33,286 nt of DNA from assembly GCA_048884785.1 (NCBI GenBank), contig JBHLQM010000037.1, forward strand, positions 1 to 33,286, read 5' to 3'. Origin of the DNA: Candidatus Thorarchaeota archaeon. Its GTDB lineage: Archaea > Asgardarchaeota > Thorarchaeia > Thorarchaeales > Thorarchaeaceae. This document shows positions 18,000-26,807 of the stretch, one piece after another. The notes under the pieces are model-generated. The model was not told the origin of the DNA, ran no database searches, and was given only the letters and a program-made list of their open reading frames with translations. The position numbers and the translations under genes were made by a program. Each line of letters opens with the position of its first letter. Position 1 is the stretch's first letter.

Positions 18000-18499
18000 C
18001 GATCTATCTCCCAAATAAGGTGTCCAATGCCAGGAAGAATAATCTTTGCAAGAGCTGTTTTCATGGCATTTGTTGAGCCAGGCAAACAATAGACGATAGT
18101 GTTTCCAATGATCCCAGCTGATGCCTGACTGTATATTCCAGGGACACCCAATTCTTCATAGCTTAGTCTTCTGAATAGCTCACCAAATCCAATGAGGTGT
18201 TTTTCGAATCTGGGAACTACCGTCCTAATTGTCAGATCCCGCTTACCAACACCAGTCCCACCGCTAATTATAATCACACGTATCTCCGGATTGTTAAGGT
18301 AGTCATTAATGCGGTCTGAAATTGCAGCTGCATCATTTTTCACAATATCATATTCAACAATAATGTGATGATTAGACTGTATCAATTCCTTTGCAATACG
18401 TCCAGTGTCATCGTTTTCTTTCGTACGACTATCGCTCGTCGTGAGTATGGCAAATCCCGTACTGATTTTTTGATCTCGTCTGTGCTCGTGGGACATCAT
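17996..18499 (-). CDS. moaB: Molybdopterin adenylyltransferase MoaB/MogA
   Basis: ILTTSD, D.TG, GGTG...RDLT, GFGELFR..S, CLPGS..A. ATGA overlap with moaC. Confidence 0.93.
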   Translation of the reverse strand: MMSHEHRRDQKISTGFAILTTSDSRTKENDDTGRIAKELIQSNHHIIVEYDIVKNDAAAISDRINDYLNNPEIRVIIISGGTGVGKRDLTIRTVVPRFEKHLIGFGELFRRLSYEELGVPGIYSQASAGIIGNTIVYCLPGSTNAMKTALAKIILPGIGHLIWEIDR

Positions 18500-18948
18500 T
18501 GAGGCTCCTTCACCTTCTTGGTAATGCGTATTCCTTCTATGTGTGCTGTTGGATATTGACCAGAGGAATCCTTCTCCAGATATTTGACCATGTCCCAGAT
18601 TGATAGTAGAGCTGTCGTTACTCCTACTAGAGCCTCCATTTCGACACCTGTTGAGTATGTTGCAGCCACTGTGCATTTAGCCTGAATGTGGTCTCTTTGA
18701 ATCTCGAATGTGAGTTGCACAGAGCTTAGGGGGATTTGGTGGCAAAGTGGTATCAACTCTGAGGTCTTCTTAGCGGCTTGGATTCCAGCAACCTCTGAAA
18801 CTGTGAGTACATCTCCTTTTTTCGTTGAGCGGGCACGAATCGCTTCAACGGTCGAGGGTTTGAGGACAATCGCACCAACAGCCTCTGCCGTTCGGAATGA
18901 AACCGGCTTTGATGTTATGTCAATCATACTGATTGGATCTTCACTCAT
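18496..18948 (-). CDS. moaC: Cyclic pyranopterin monophosphate synthase MoaC
   Basis: MIDITSK, KKGDVL, AGIQAAKKTSELIPLCH, TGVEMEAL, WDMVK. Confidence 0.96.
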   Translation of the reverse strand: MSEDPISMIDITSKPVSFRTAEAVGAIVLKPSTVEAIRARSTKKGDVLTVSEVAGIQAAKKTSELIPLCHQIPLSSVQLTFEIQRDHIQAKCTVAATYSTGVEMEALVGVTTALLSIWDMVKYLEKDSSGQYPTAHIEGIRITKKVKEPQ

Positions 18949-19357
18949 TCTCCGATTCACCTACCCAATAGCTTCCATTATCAAGAATTTCCTTTTTCCA
19001 TATCATTGCTCTTTTCTTTAGTTCCTCAATCGTGTATCGGCAACCCTTGAATGCTTGCTCCCGATGGGCTGCACCAACGGCAATAATAACGATGTTTTCA
19101 CCAGGTTCCAAGATACCGGTTCTGTGGACTATGGACACATCTGTTACTCCGAACTCACGAACTGCTTCATCACGAATCTGCTCCAGCTCCTTTGTTGCTA
19201 ACGCAACATCTGCTTCGAACTCGAGTCTTTGTACACTCTGACCTTTGGTACTATCTCTAACTGTGCCCAAAAACAGCACAACAGCACCCATCGAAGGCCG
19301 TCTGGTGTTCTGAACAACATCGTCTATAGAGAAGTCATTTCGTGTAATCGCAATCAT
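18941..19357 (-). CDS. moaE: Molybdopterin synthase catalytic subunit MoaE
   Basis: GAVVLFLGTVR, HRTG.L..GE, HREQAF..C, LK....IWKKE....WV. Confidence 0.95.
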   Translation of the reverse strand: MIAITRNDFSIDDVVQNTRRPSMGAVVLFLGTVRDSTKGQSVQRLEFEADVALATKELEQIRDEAVREFGVTDVSIVHRTGILEPGENIVIIAVGAAHREQAFKGCRYTIEELKKRAMIWKKEILDNGSYWVGESENE

Positions 19358-20349
19358 TCTGATTCACCTTTCCAATAGGGTTCACGAAATCGCACTGCTC
19401 GATCCAGAGCCTCATTAACTAATTCATCCGCGGTTTCACTTCCTAGAAGAGAGTGCACTTCTACGAGATTATCTTGCTTCATAAGACAGGGTTTCAGTTT
19501 CCCATCAGATGTCACCCTCAGGCGTGTGCATCGTTGACAGAATGAGTGATTGTGTGATGGTCTAACAACTTCAACCAGAACAGGCCTATCGTTAACCAAG
19601 ACAGAATACTGTTTCCTGCCATGAAGCGATCTCTGGGAAACTGCCAACGCGGTTCTGCTCAGTTCATCCTCAACTTCCGTCAGATCTGCCCAGTAATTTT
19701 TCATGCTATCATCTTCAGGAATAACTTGAAGCTCGATTAGCTGCAGTATGGCTCCAATCTTGCCAGCGTATGCCATCATATCTCGAATTTCATCATAATT
19801 GATCCCTTGAAGGATTGCCATGTTTATCTTGACAGGTTGAAATCCAACAGCCAAAGCCTTCTCAATTCCAGCTTTTACCTCAGGGAGATTATTTCTCCCG
19901 GTGATGAACTCATGAAGCTCTGGCTTGAGTGTATGCAAACTGATGTTAACACGATCCAATCCTGCAACTCTGAGCGCTGGCGCAAGCTCAGCCAGTCGTG
20001 AACCATTTGTCGTAAGAGATAGATCATCGGTTAGCGGTGCTAGACGCCGTACTATCTCTACAATATCATCACGTACAAGAGCTTCTCCTCCAGTAAGCTT
20101 TATTCTCCTCACACCTCTGCTGTTGGCAATCCGGACTAGATTCTCAATCTCTTCAGCAGTCATCTCATTGCCTGCCCCAATTTCGCCCTCGTGATGGCAA
20201 AAGAAACAGCTATGATTGCATTTTTGTGTTAGAGAAATTCTGAGATAGTCAATCTGGCGTGAGTACTGATCTATAAGGGGTGAACTGCCACAGGAGTTGC
20301 CTTTCTTTTCAGGCGGTTTTGTGTTGTTGCCAGTAGTCATGTTCCACAC
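19354..20349 (-). CDS. moaA: GTP 3',8-cyclase MoaA (archaeal type)
   Basis: YLRISLT, radical SAM CNHSCFFC, LTGGE, FCQRCTRLRVTSDGKLKPC; ends REPYW.. without the GG motif. Confidence 0.96.
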   Translation of the reverse strand: MWNMTTGNNTKPPEKKGNSCGSSPLIDQYSRQIDYLRISLTQKCNHSCFFCHHEGEIGAGNEMTAEEIENLVRIANSRGVRRIKLTGGEALVRDDIVEIVRRLAPLTDDLSLTTNGSRLAELAPALRVAGLDRVNISLHTLKPELHEFITGRNNLPEVKAGIEKALAVGFQPVKINMAILQGINYDEIRDMMAYAGKIGAILQLIELQVIPEDDSMKNYWADLTEVEDELSRTALAVSQRSLHGRKQYSVLVNDRPVLVEVVRPSHNHSFCQRCTRLRVTSDGKLKPCLMKQDNLVEVHSLLGSETADELVNEALDRAVRFREPYWKGESE

Positions 20350-20374
20350 GCCATCCTTTTTGCGACAAGATAAC

Positions 20375-20398
20375 TGTTATGTTTGGTCGTACATTTCG
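20375..20398. promoter_or_regulatory. ModE-like operator box upstream of moaA
   Basis: TGTTATGT-N8-ACATTTCG, degenerate match to CGNTAT-N12-ATANCG. Confidence 0.45.
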
Positions 20399-20414
20399 GC
20401 CTTCCCCAATTATG

Positions 20415-21488
20415 TCAGTAAACTCTAACCGATGATGCCTTGAAGGTTACATTGACCTCTTCACCAACCTTTACGTTAAGGGTTTCAAGAGACCTACGAG
20501 TAATTTGGGCTATCAAGTCAATTCCAACATCCACGGTAAGATATGCCATCCCTTCCTCAAGGGATATGTTGGTGACTAGACCCTCGAGTGTGTTTCTAGC
20601 ACTTGATAAGACACCTCCATGGGAAACAACAATATCTTCAGGAGGTATTCGAATCGTCACTGTTCCCTCTTTATGAGAGATAGCTTCTATTGCCACTTTG
20701 TCATTAATCCAGATCCTAGCGAGGCGCCTTCCAGACTCTGGTCCCTCAGAGAACCGAGCGACTCCATGATAGAGATTGCTTGTGGTGTCCTCTAGAACCA
20801 TGGATTCAAGACGGTCACGCAGTAATTCTCTAGTCGTTCCTGTTTGATGTATCATACCATTCTGGATGATTACTGCTTTTTGAGTCAGTATTTCTGCTTG
20901 AATCATATTGTGAGTCGCGATTATTATCGTAGTGCCTTCCTCTCTGTTGAGCCGTTTGAGGGCATTTTCAATGATTAACGTGTTCTCTGAATCCAGGTAT
21001 GCAGTTGGTTCATCAAGCAAAAGCAGCTCAGGCTTTACAACCAATCCCATTGCAAGACATAGCCTTCGCTGTTCGCCCCCAGATAAGCTTCTTGCAGATC
21101 TCTCTACGAGTGATTCTAGCTCAACCAATGTCAGGGCTTGTTTTACACGGTCCTCAACCTCTGACTCTGGAATTCCCCTAACGCGAAGGCCATATGCCAC
21201 ATTCTTGAATACCGTTGTGCTAAAGACAGTAGGCTTTTGGAATACCAAGGTGGCATTTCTTCGAAGGCGAATAAATTCCTGAATTGGAAGTTCCTCTCCA
21301 TGATATAGCAGTCTGCCTTGAGTTGGTTCCAGAAGACCAGCCATTACTCGAAGAGCGGTTGTCTTTCCCGCACCATTTGGTCCTATGAGAGAGGTCATCT
21401 CTCCAGGTTCAATGGCCATGTTGACACTCTGAAGCGCTTTCGTCTGGCCAAATTCAACTGTTACATTCTGCAATTCGATTATTCCCAT
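20415..21488 (-). CDS. tupC: Tungstate ABC transporter ATPase with C-terminal TOBE domain
   Basis: Walker A GPNGAGKT, LSGGEQ, LLLDEP, ATH; TOBE domain SARN..G..ITRRS...L...G..V..FKAS. Confidence 0.88.
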   Translation of the reverse strand: MGIIELQNVTVEFGQTKALQSVNMAIEPGEMTSLIGPNGAGKTTALRVMAGLLEPTQGRLLYHGEELPIQEFIRLRRNATLVFQKPTVFSTTVFKNVAYGLRVRGIPESEVEDRVKQALTLVELESLVERSARSLSGGEQRRLCLAMGLVVKPELLLLDEPTAYLDSENTLIIENALKRLNREEGTTIIIATHNMIQAEILTQKAVIIQNGMIHQTGTTRELLRDRLESMVLEDTTSNLYHGVARFSEGPESGRRLARIWINDKVAIEAISHKEGTVTIRIPPEDIVVSHGGVLSSARNTLEGLVTNISLEEGMAYLTVDVGIDLIAQITRRSLETLNVKVGEEVNVTFKASSVRVY

Positions 21489-22150
21489 AGCCACCACCTC
21501 ACTCTCTTCTCAGCCTGATTCAGAAGCAGATTGAATGACACCATGAGAATGATGAGGATTAGTGTGAGCCCAAGTCCTAGTGCAATCTCACCTCTCGTAG
21601 TTTCCAGTGCTATTGATGTTGTCAGGACTCTTGTGAGCCCCTGGATATTTCCACCAACCATTAGTGCCACTCCGAGCTCCGATATGGCACGGCTGAAGCT
21701 TGCAGATATGGCAAGAAGAACCCCACCAAAGGATTCACGAAATACTGAGGCTGCAGCCGCACGTTCATCAGCACCTAGAGTCCTTGCCAGTTCTCTGATT
21801 GAGGGATCAATGTTCTCAATGGTTTCCGCAGTGATACTAATCATGAACGGTAAAACAAGAATGGCTTGGCCTATGACCAATGCCATTGGCGTATAGAGGA
21901 GTCCTAGAAAACCAAGAGGACCTGAGCGAGAGAATGCGAGATAAAGAATAAGACCAAGAGCTACCGTGGGCATACTCATAAGAGCCCTAAACACGCCTGT
22001 AACAGCATCACGTCCCCTAAAATGATACATACCTAGAGTAACTCCTACAGGCAAACCAATACCTGCTGCCAGAAGTGAAGCCAGTCCAGAAACGGTAAGT
22101 GCCCTCAAGGTAATTTCTATTATCTCGCTCTCAAGTGTCATATCAGTCAT
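21479..22150 (-). CDS. tupB: Tungstate ABC transporter permease
   Basis: MPTV..GL, SRSGPLG...LLYTP, GQAIL, RAISELG..MVGGNI..TR.LTT.IALET..G. Confidence 0.92.
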   Translation of the reverse strand: MTDMTLESEIIEITLRALTVSGLASLLAAGIGLPVGVTLGMYHFRGRDAVTGVFRALMSMPTVALGLILYLAFSRSGPLGFLGLLYTPMALVIGQAILVLPFMISITAETIENIDPSIRELARTLGADERAAAASVFRESFGGVLLAISASFSRAISELGVALMVGGNIQGLTRVLTTSIALETTRGEIALGLGLTLILIILMVSFNLLLNQAEKRVRWWLWE

Positions 22151-22161
22151 CTCGCCATATT

Positions 22162-23169
22162 CTATGGATAAATCCCAAATTCACCAGACCGCAAAGCTGG
22201 AGGGCATTCATATAGTGTACCACCCGAATCAAAGAAGGCATAGCCTTGAATCCACTGATATGTCTGTGCTGGCAGGTGGCTTTCAAGTATATCAACTGCC
22301 GGAAAGAAGAGTGATGCCCCGTAACTCTCTTGACCATAGCTCTCAATCAAATCTTGAGCCTGGCTTCCAACAAGCCATTGAATAAACTCCATGGCTACTT
22401 CGAATTTGACATTGGTGACAGTTGCTCTATTTACGGCAATTGCACTGTAGACATTCAAGAGACTTTGGCCTTCATCAACCATCTGGTCCAGCTCTATTAG
22501 TCCATCAACTTTGTACTTCAGGAAGGTCCCGATATCCGAGAGCGTATAGAAACCCTGTTCATCAGCCAAGTTCAAAGTAGTACCCATGCCAGTACCGGAT
22601 GAAATGAACCAGTTCTCTTCAGATATTTCTGAGTAATTGTACCCGGCTGCAGTCCAGAGACCAATCTCTTTGGTATTTGTCCCCGAGGCATCATCTCTGC
22701 TTACCCATATTGGATTACCATTCACACGCCCATGTTCTAGGATTGCTTCCAGGGCCAATAGTGGATCAAGGTCAAGAACCTTAACAGGATCATCAGGCGG
22801 ACCCACAATTGTGAAGAAATTGTAGGCAAAGATCTTTCTATTCACTCCATATTGCTCTTGCATGAATCCAAGTTCTTGAGATGGGGAATGAACCAAAATC
22901 ATGTCTGCATCTCCACGTTTGGCATTCTCCAAAGCAATCCCAGTTCCTGCAGATATGAAAGCAAGAATAACGCGGTTGTTTACTGATTCATAGACATCCT
23001 TCATCTGGTCTAGTAGACCGGTATCATAGAGACTTGTCGTTGTTGATACGACAAGTGTTTCTCTCTCAGCGGTTTGGGTGAGGTAGAGATAATATCCTGT
23101 CGATGCAATGATGATGCCAACTATGATAATCACTGATATTACCTGTACTTCCTTCCGCAAACCTGTCAC
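22162..23169 (-). CDS. tupA: Tungstate-binding protein, N-terminally anchored
   Basis: TupA signature TTTS (STTTSLYDTGLLD), GTG.AL, DAD..LVH, SRDDASGT, GMG.TL, YTLSD.GT. Confidence 0.92.
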   Translation of the reverse strand: MTGLRKEVQVISVIIIVGIIIASTGYYLYLTQTAERETLVVSTTTSLYDTGLLDQMKDVYESVNNRVILAFISAGTGIALENAKRGDADMILVHSPSQELGFMQEQYGVNRKIFAYNFFTIVGPPDDPVKVLDLDPLLALEAILEHGRVNGNPIWVSRDDASGTNTKEIGLWTAAGYNYSEISEENWFISSGTGMGTTLNLADEQGFYTLSDIGTFLKYKVDGLIELDQMVDEGQSLLNVYSAIAVNRATVTNVKFEVAMEFIQWLVGSQAQDLIESYGQESYGASLFFPAVDILESHLPAQTYQWIQGYAFFDSGGTLYECPPALRSGEFGIYP

Positions 23170-23193
23170 CGTTATGCTTATTGATGCATATCG
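23170..23193. promoter_or_regulatory. ModE-like operator box immediately upstream of tupA
   Basis: CGTTATGC-N8-GCATATCG equals CGNTAT-N12-ATANCG, abutting the GTG start. Confidence 0.65.
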
Positions 23194-23223
23194 TTGACTG
23201 ACGCCTATATCACTGTTGTGCTT

Positions 23224-24159
23224 CTAGAGTTTAGGAGCACTATTCCACCGCTCTAATGCTTCAGTTGCTTCAGCGATTATGCGCTTCAGTACATGCTCCG
23301 TGTTGGGTTCGGGGTTTTTAGAGAGTTCAGAGTCACACCGAGCTAGCAGTTCATTGAGATGCTTGAGAGGATGCTTTGATCTATCACCCCAATCCCATAT
23401 GGAACACCAACGCCGTCCTAGATCAGTTCCATACGTCGATGTGGCCAAGTCCAGTAATTCATTCGATACAATTGTTGCTGGATGTAGCCACGGCATATCA
23501 GTTCCATTAGATTCAACCCCGAAAATTGCATTGGAGAAGAAGACATAGAGTGGGATGTTCGCTCGATTCTCAAACCGCTTCAATCTTGCACATCCAAGGA
23601 CTCCTCCTGCAATTGAGTAAATCACTATGGCCTTTACTTCGGTTTCTTGAGCAAGAGTGGCATCTAGAATCCCTTCAATAGTTCCACCAGTTGCTATAGT
23701 ATCACCAATAATCACAAGAGGTTTCTCGGGTAATGCTTCGAAATTCTTGTATGAGAGTTCTGTCACCCATCCCAGAGGAGAAGGAAATCTCTTTGCGCCA
23801 ATAAAACACCTGTTTATCGTTTCACCAAATGCGAGTTCAAAGGCTTCAGCCGTGCTGTAGTACAGCGCCCCGGCAAGAGGAACTACTTCGGTTATATCCG
23901 AGAAATTTGTTTCTCGTAATTCTGGTACAATGTGATAGGCAATACGAAGAAAATCAACGGTGCTCTCTCTGGCGGAGTTTGCAAGTCCAGCTCCGACAAG
24001 CCATGGTTCTAAGAGAATCTTGAGGGCCCCTTTTGATTCAATAATGTAGGTTTGTGACGGCAATTGGTCAGAGTCAACCTGATACACAAGAGGGATTGCT
24101 GGTTCAATCCCAGAACAGAGGCGCATTCTCGCATTTTGCTTCAGCTTTATCTGATCCAT
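23224..24159 (-). CDS. Type I phosphoribosyltransferase-like protein (substrate unknown)
   Basis: PRPP-binding loop VIIGDTIATGGTI and VPLAGA motif reminiscent of UPRTase. Confidence 0.7.
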   Translation of the reverse strand: MDQIKLKQNARMRLCSGIEPAIPLVYQVDSDQLPSQTYIIESKGALKILLEPWLVGAGLANSARESTVDFLRIAYHIVPELRETNFSDITEVVPLAGALYYSTAEAFELAFGETINRCFIGAKRFPSPLGWVTELSYKNFEALPEKPLVIIGDTIATGGTIEGILDATLAQETEVKAIVIYSIAGGVLGCARLKRFENRANIPLYVFFSNAIFGVESNGTDMPWLHPATIVSNELLDLATSTYGTDLGRRWCSIWDWGDRSKHPLKHLNELLARCDSELSKNPEPNTEHVLKRIIAEATEALERWNSAPKL

Positions 24160-24246
24160 TTTCAGGCCCTCGGATGCTCAGGATATTGTCTGACATTGTG
24201 ATGAAGATTGCTATTCAGTGTTAGGAAAGACCAAAATTGAGACAAC

Positions 24247-24564
24247 TTATAGAAGCTCCGCGTGACCGTTCTCTCTTATGATCAAGACACCTGTTCTCTT
24301 CAACGTGGTTGGCCTACTAAAAGGGATGCTTGATTTGACAAATCCAGTTGCCTCCCATTCAATAAACATGTCTCCATTCTCAGATGTTGTTTTTGAAACA
24401 ACCTTGAAGGCAGATGGGTCAATACCAACTTCATCCTTGCCAACATCTCGTATTCGTCCTCCTCTCAATACGCTATCAGCCCAAAGCCTTCTACGTTCTG
24501 TTTCGAGCTTTTGGTTCAGCAGCTTCTCTACCAAGTTGGCAAGTTCAAATTTGTTCAGCTTCAT
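24247..24564 (-). CDS. Hypothetical protein
   Basis: 105-aa ORF from ATG with protein-like composition; no family recognised. Confidence 0.6.
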   Translation of the reverse strand: MKLNKFELANLVEKLLNQKLETERRRLWADSVLRGGRIRDVGKDEVGIDPSAFKVVSKTTSENGDMFIEWEATGFVKSSIPFSRPTTLKRTGVLIIRENGHAELL

Positions 24565-24754
24565 TTGACAACTAGTAAATGGTGTTTGTCCTACTTGAGT
24601 TGTATGCTAATAGCATCATCACAGGTTTGGATTTTCTCTATCTCATTTTAGATAGAAACTCAGACTATTATGAAAAGCCCATTATCGACTTAACTTGAAA
24701 TTCAATCAAATCAATTAGGAAGAGAGAAATGGCAAAGAAGGCAAATACTCCTGT

Positions 24755-25750
24755 ATGTCTGAAGTTCTCATATTATCTCAGAAGGAGGTCGCAGCGTCTC
24801 TTCCAATGCAGCGCGTTATTGATGCTGTACGGAGTGCATACATTTCCTTCTCATCCGGGCGAGTTCAGATTGCTCCCGTGGTTCATCTTGATGTGGCTCA
24901 GTACAACGGGGAGCTAGATATCAAATCGGGTTTTGTTGAGGACTTCAATCTCATTGGCACCAAGATTGCATCAGGGTATTATGATAACCATAAGTTGGGG
25001 CTGCCACCCGGAGTAGCTGTTATAGTACTTATGGACTTGAGAACAAGCATGCCAGTGGCCATAATTGATGGGACTTATATCACTGCGACCAGAACCGGAG
25101 CGGCAGGTGCTGTTGCAGCAAGTGTTCTAGCAAGAGAAGAATCTAGTATCATAGGAGTCATAGGTGCAGGGACTCAGGGGAGAATGCAGGTAGCAGCCTT
25201 GAATGAACTCTTCTCACTTACAGAAGTTCGAATCTGGGATAAATTTGAGGACTCAGCCAAGGGATATGCCGCCGAGATGTCGGAAAAATTTGGAATTGGC
25301 GTTATTCAGGACTCCAATCCGATGAACGTTGTGAGGGGTGCTGACATAATAGTGACTGCAACTCCCTCAAGGGAAGCGATTGTCAAAAATGATTGGATTC
25401 ATGAAGGCGTACACATCAATGCAATTGGTGCAGATGGAGAAGGAAAGCAAGAACTTGATCCCTATATTATAAAACGCGCAGACAAAGTGGTTGTAGACAG
25501 TCTTTCGCAGTGTAGAAGAATAGGTGAGATTCAGCATGCACTCAGAATGAACTTGATTGGTGAACATGAAATCTATGCTGAGATAGGCCAAATTCTCAAC
25601 GGAGAAAAACTTGGAAGGGAGTCAAATGAAGAAATCACACTGTTTGATTCAACAGGAATTGCGGCCTTAGATATTGCTGCAGCCAATATCGCGGTTCAAC
25701 AGGCAAAGGAAAAAGGAATAGGCAAGACTCTCAAACTTCTGGATATGTAG
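24755..25750 (+). CDS. Ornithine cyclodeaminase/mu-crystallin family imine reductase (EutC / archaeal alanine dehydrogenase-like)
   Basis: IT..RTGAAG, GVIGAGTQG, VTATPS, HINAIGAD..GKQELD, FDSTG.A..D. Confidence 0.9.
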   Translation: MSEVLILSQKEVAASLPMQRVIDAVRSAYISFSSGRVQIAPVVHLDVAQYNGELDIKSGFVEDFNLIGTKIASGYYDNHKLGLPPGVAVIVLMDLRTSMPVAIIDGTYITATRTGAAGAVAASVLAREESSIIGVIGAGTQGRMQVAALNELFSLTEVRIWDKFEDSAKGYAAEMSEKFGIGVIQDSNPMNVVRGADIIVTATPSREAIVKNDWIHEGVHINAIGADGEGKQELDPYIIKRADKVVVDSLSQCRRIGEIQHALRMNLIGEHEIYAEIGQILNGEKLGRESNEEITLFDSTGIAALDIAAANIAVQQAKEKGIGKTLKLLDM

Positions 25751-25768
25751 AAACACAGGTGCACTAGA

Positions 25769-26731
25769 ATGGAAGATGTGGATGATATGATTGAGATTGC
25801 TGATGCATACCAAAGAATCAGAGCTCATATCAAAACAACTCCGATGGAAATCTCTGAGAAGCTCAGCGATATTTGCAACGGGGAAGTGCATCTCAAACTT
25901 GAGAACCAGCAACATACAGGCTCTTTCAAAGTACGTGGAGCATTGAGTAAGATGACCTCACTTACACCAGTTGAGAGAGAAAATGGAATTGTCACTGCAT
26001 CATCTGGCAACCATGCACAGGGAGTTGCATATGCCTCTCAAATCATGGGAATTTTCGCAACGATTTTTGTTCCACAAGATGTGTCTCCAGCGAAATTAAT
26101 GAGATTGAAAGAATATGATGTGAAGATTGTACAGGGAGGCGGCTATAATGAAGTTGAGAGAAATGCAAGAAGGTATGGAGAGAAGAATAATCTCACATAT
26201 ATCAGCCCCTACAATGACTCAAGTGTGATAGCTGGACAAGGAACTATTGGTTTGGAAATCATAGATGTCGTCCCTGAACCTGATGTGGTCATAGTACCTG
26301 TTGGTGGCGGCGGTCTTATCGCAGGGATTTCCACTGCAATAAAGAATCAATGCCCTTCGGCCAAGGTGCTTGGTGTTCTCACTCCAGGTGCCTCGACATT
26401 GTATCACTCATTCAAGGCTGGCAAGCTGATAAAAGTCGATGAGTTTGAAACGCTTGCCGAAGCATTTCTTGGCGGTGTTGAAGAAGGATCAAAGACTTTT
26501 GATGTCGCCATGCAGTACGTTGACGATATGCATCTTGTTCAGGAGCCAAGCATTGCAGAAGCAATACGACTTCTTTGGTCTGAAAAGGGGCAAGTTGTGG
26601 AAGGGGCTGGAGCAACAAGCTCAGCTCTTATTATGGAACAACCAAGAATGTTTGCAGAAAAGAAAGTTGTAGTCATAGTCAGTGGTGGTAATATTCATCA
26701 GGACTTGTTCAGGAATATAGTGAATGCATAG
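25769..26731 (+). CDS. PLP-dependent serine/threonine dehydratase family protein (no regulatory ACT domain)
   Basis: [15 protein letters not shown] (PLP Lys), [28 protein letters not shown]. Confidence 0.9.
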   Translation: MEDVDDMIEIADAYQRIRAHIKTTPMEISEKLSDICNGEVHLKLENQQHTGSFKVRGALSKMTSLTPVERENGIVTASSGNHAQGVAYASQIMGIFATIFVPQDVSPAKLMRLKEYDVKIVQGGGYNEVERNARRYGEKNNLTYISPYNDSSVIAGQGTIGLEIIDVVPEPDVVIVPVGGGGLIAGISTAIKNQCPSAKVLGVLTPGASTLYHSFKAGKLIKVDEFETLAEAFLGGVEEGSKTFDVAMQYVDDMHLVQEPSIAEAIRLLWSEKGQVVEGAGATSSALIMEQPRMFAEKKVVVIVSGGNIHQDLFRNIVNA

Positions 26732-26807
26732 TGTGTGGACTGAGTAGATCAATTAATTTTACGCAATCTTCGAGTTGAGTTCTGCATTATTAGTGGGTCA
26801 TAATTTC

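Noticed and set aside
17996-18676. Long N-terminal extensions of moaB (to 18676) and moeA (to 18089) in the ORF track
   Set aside because: They overlap upstream genes; ATGA-coupled starts at 18499 and 17999 give family-typical lengths.
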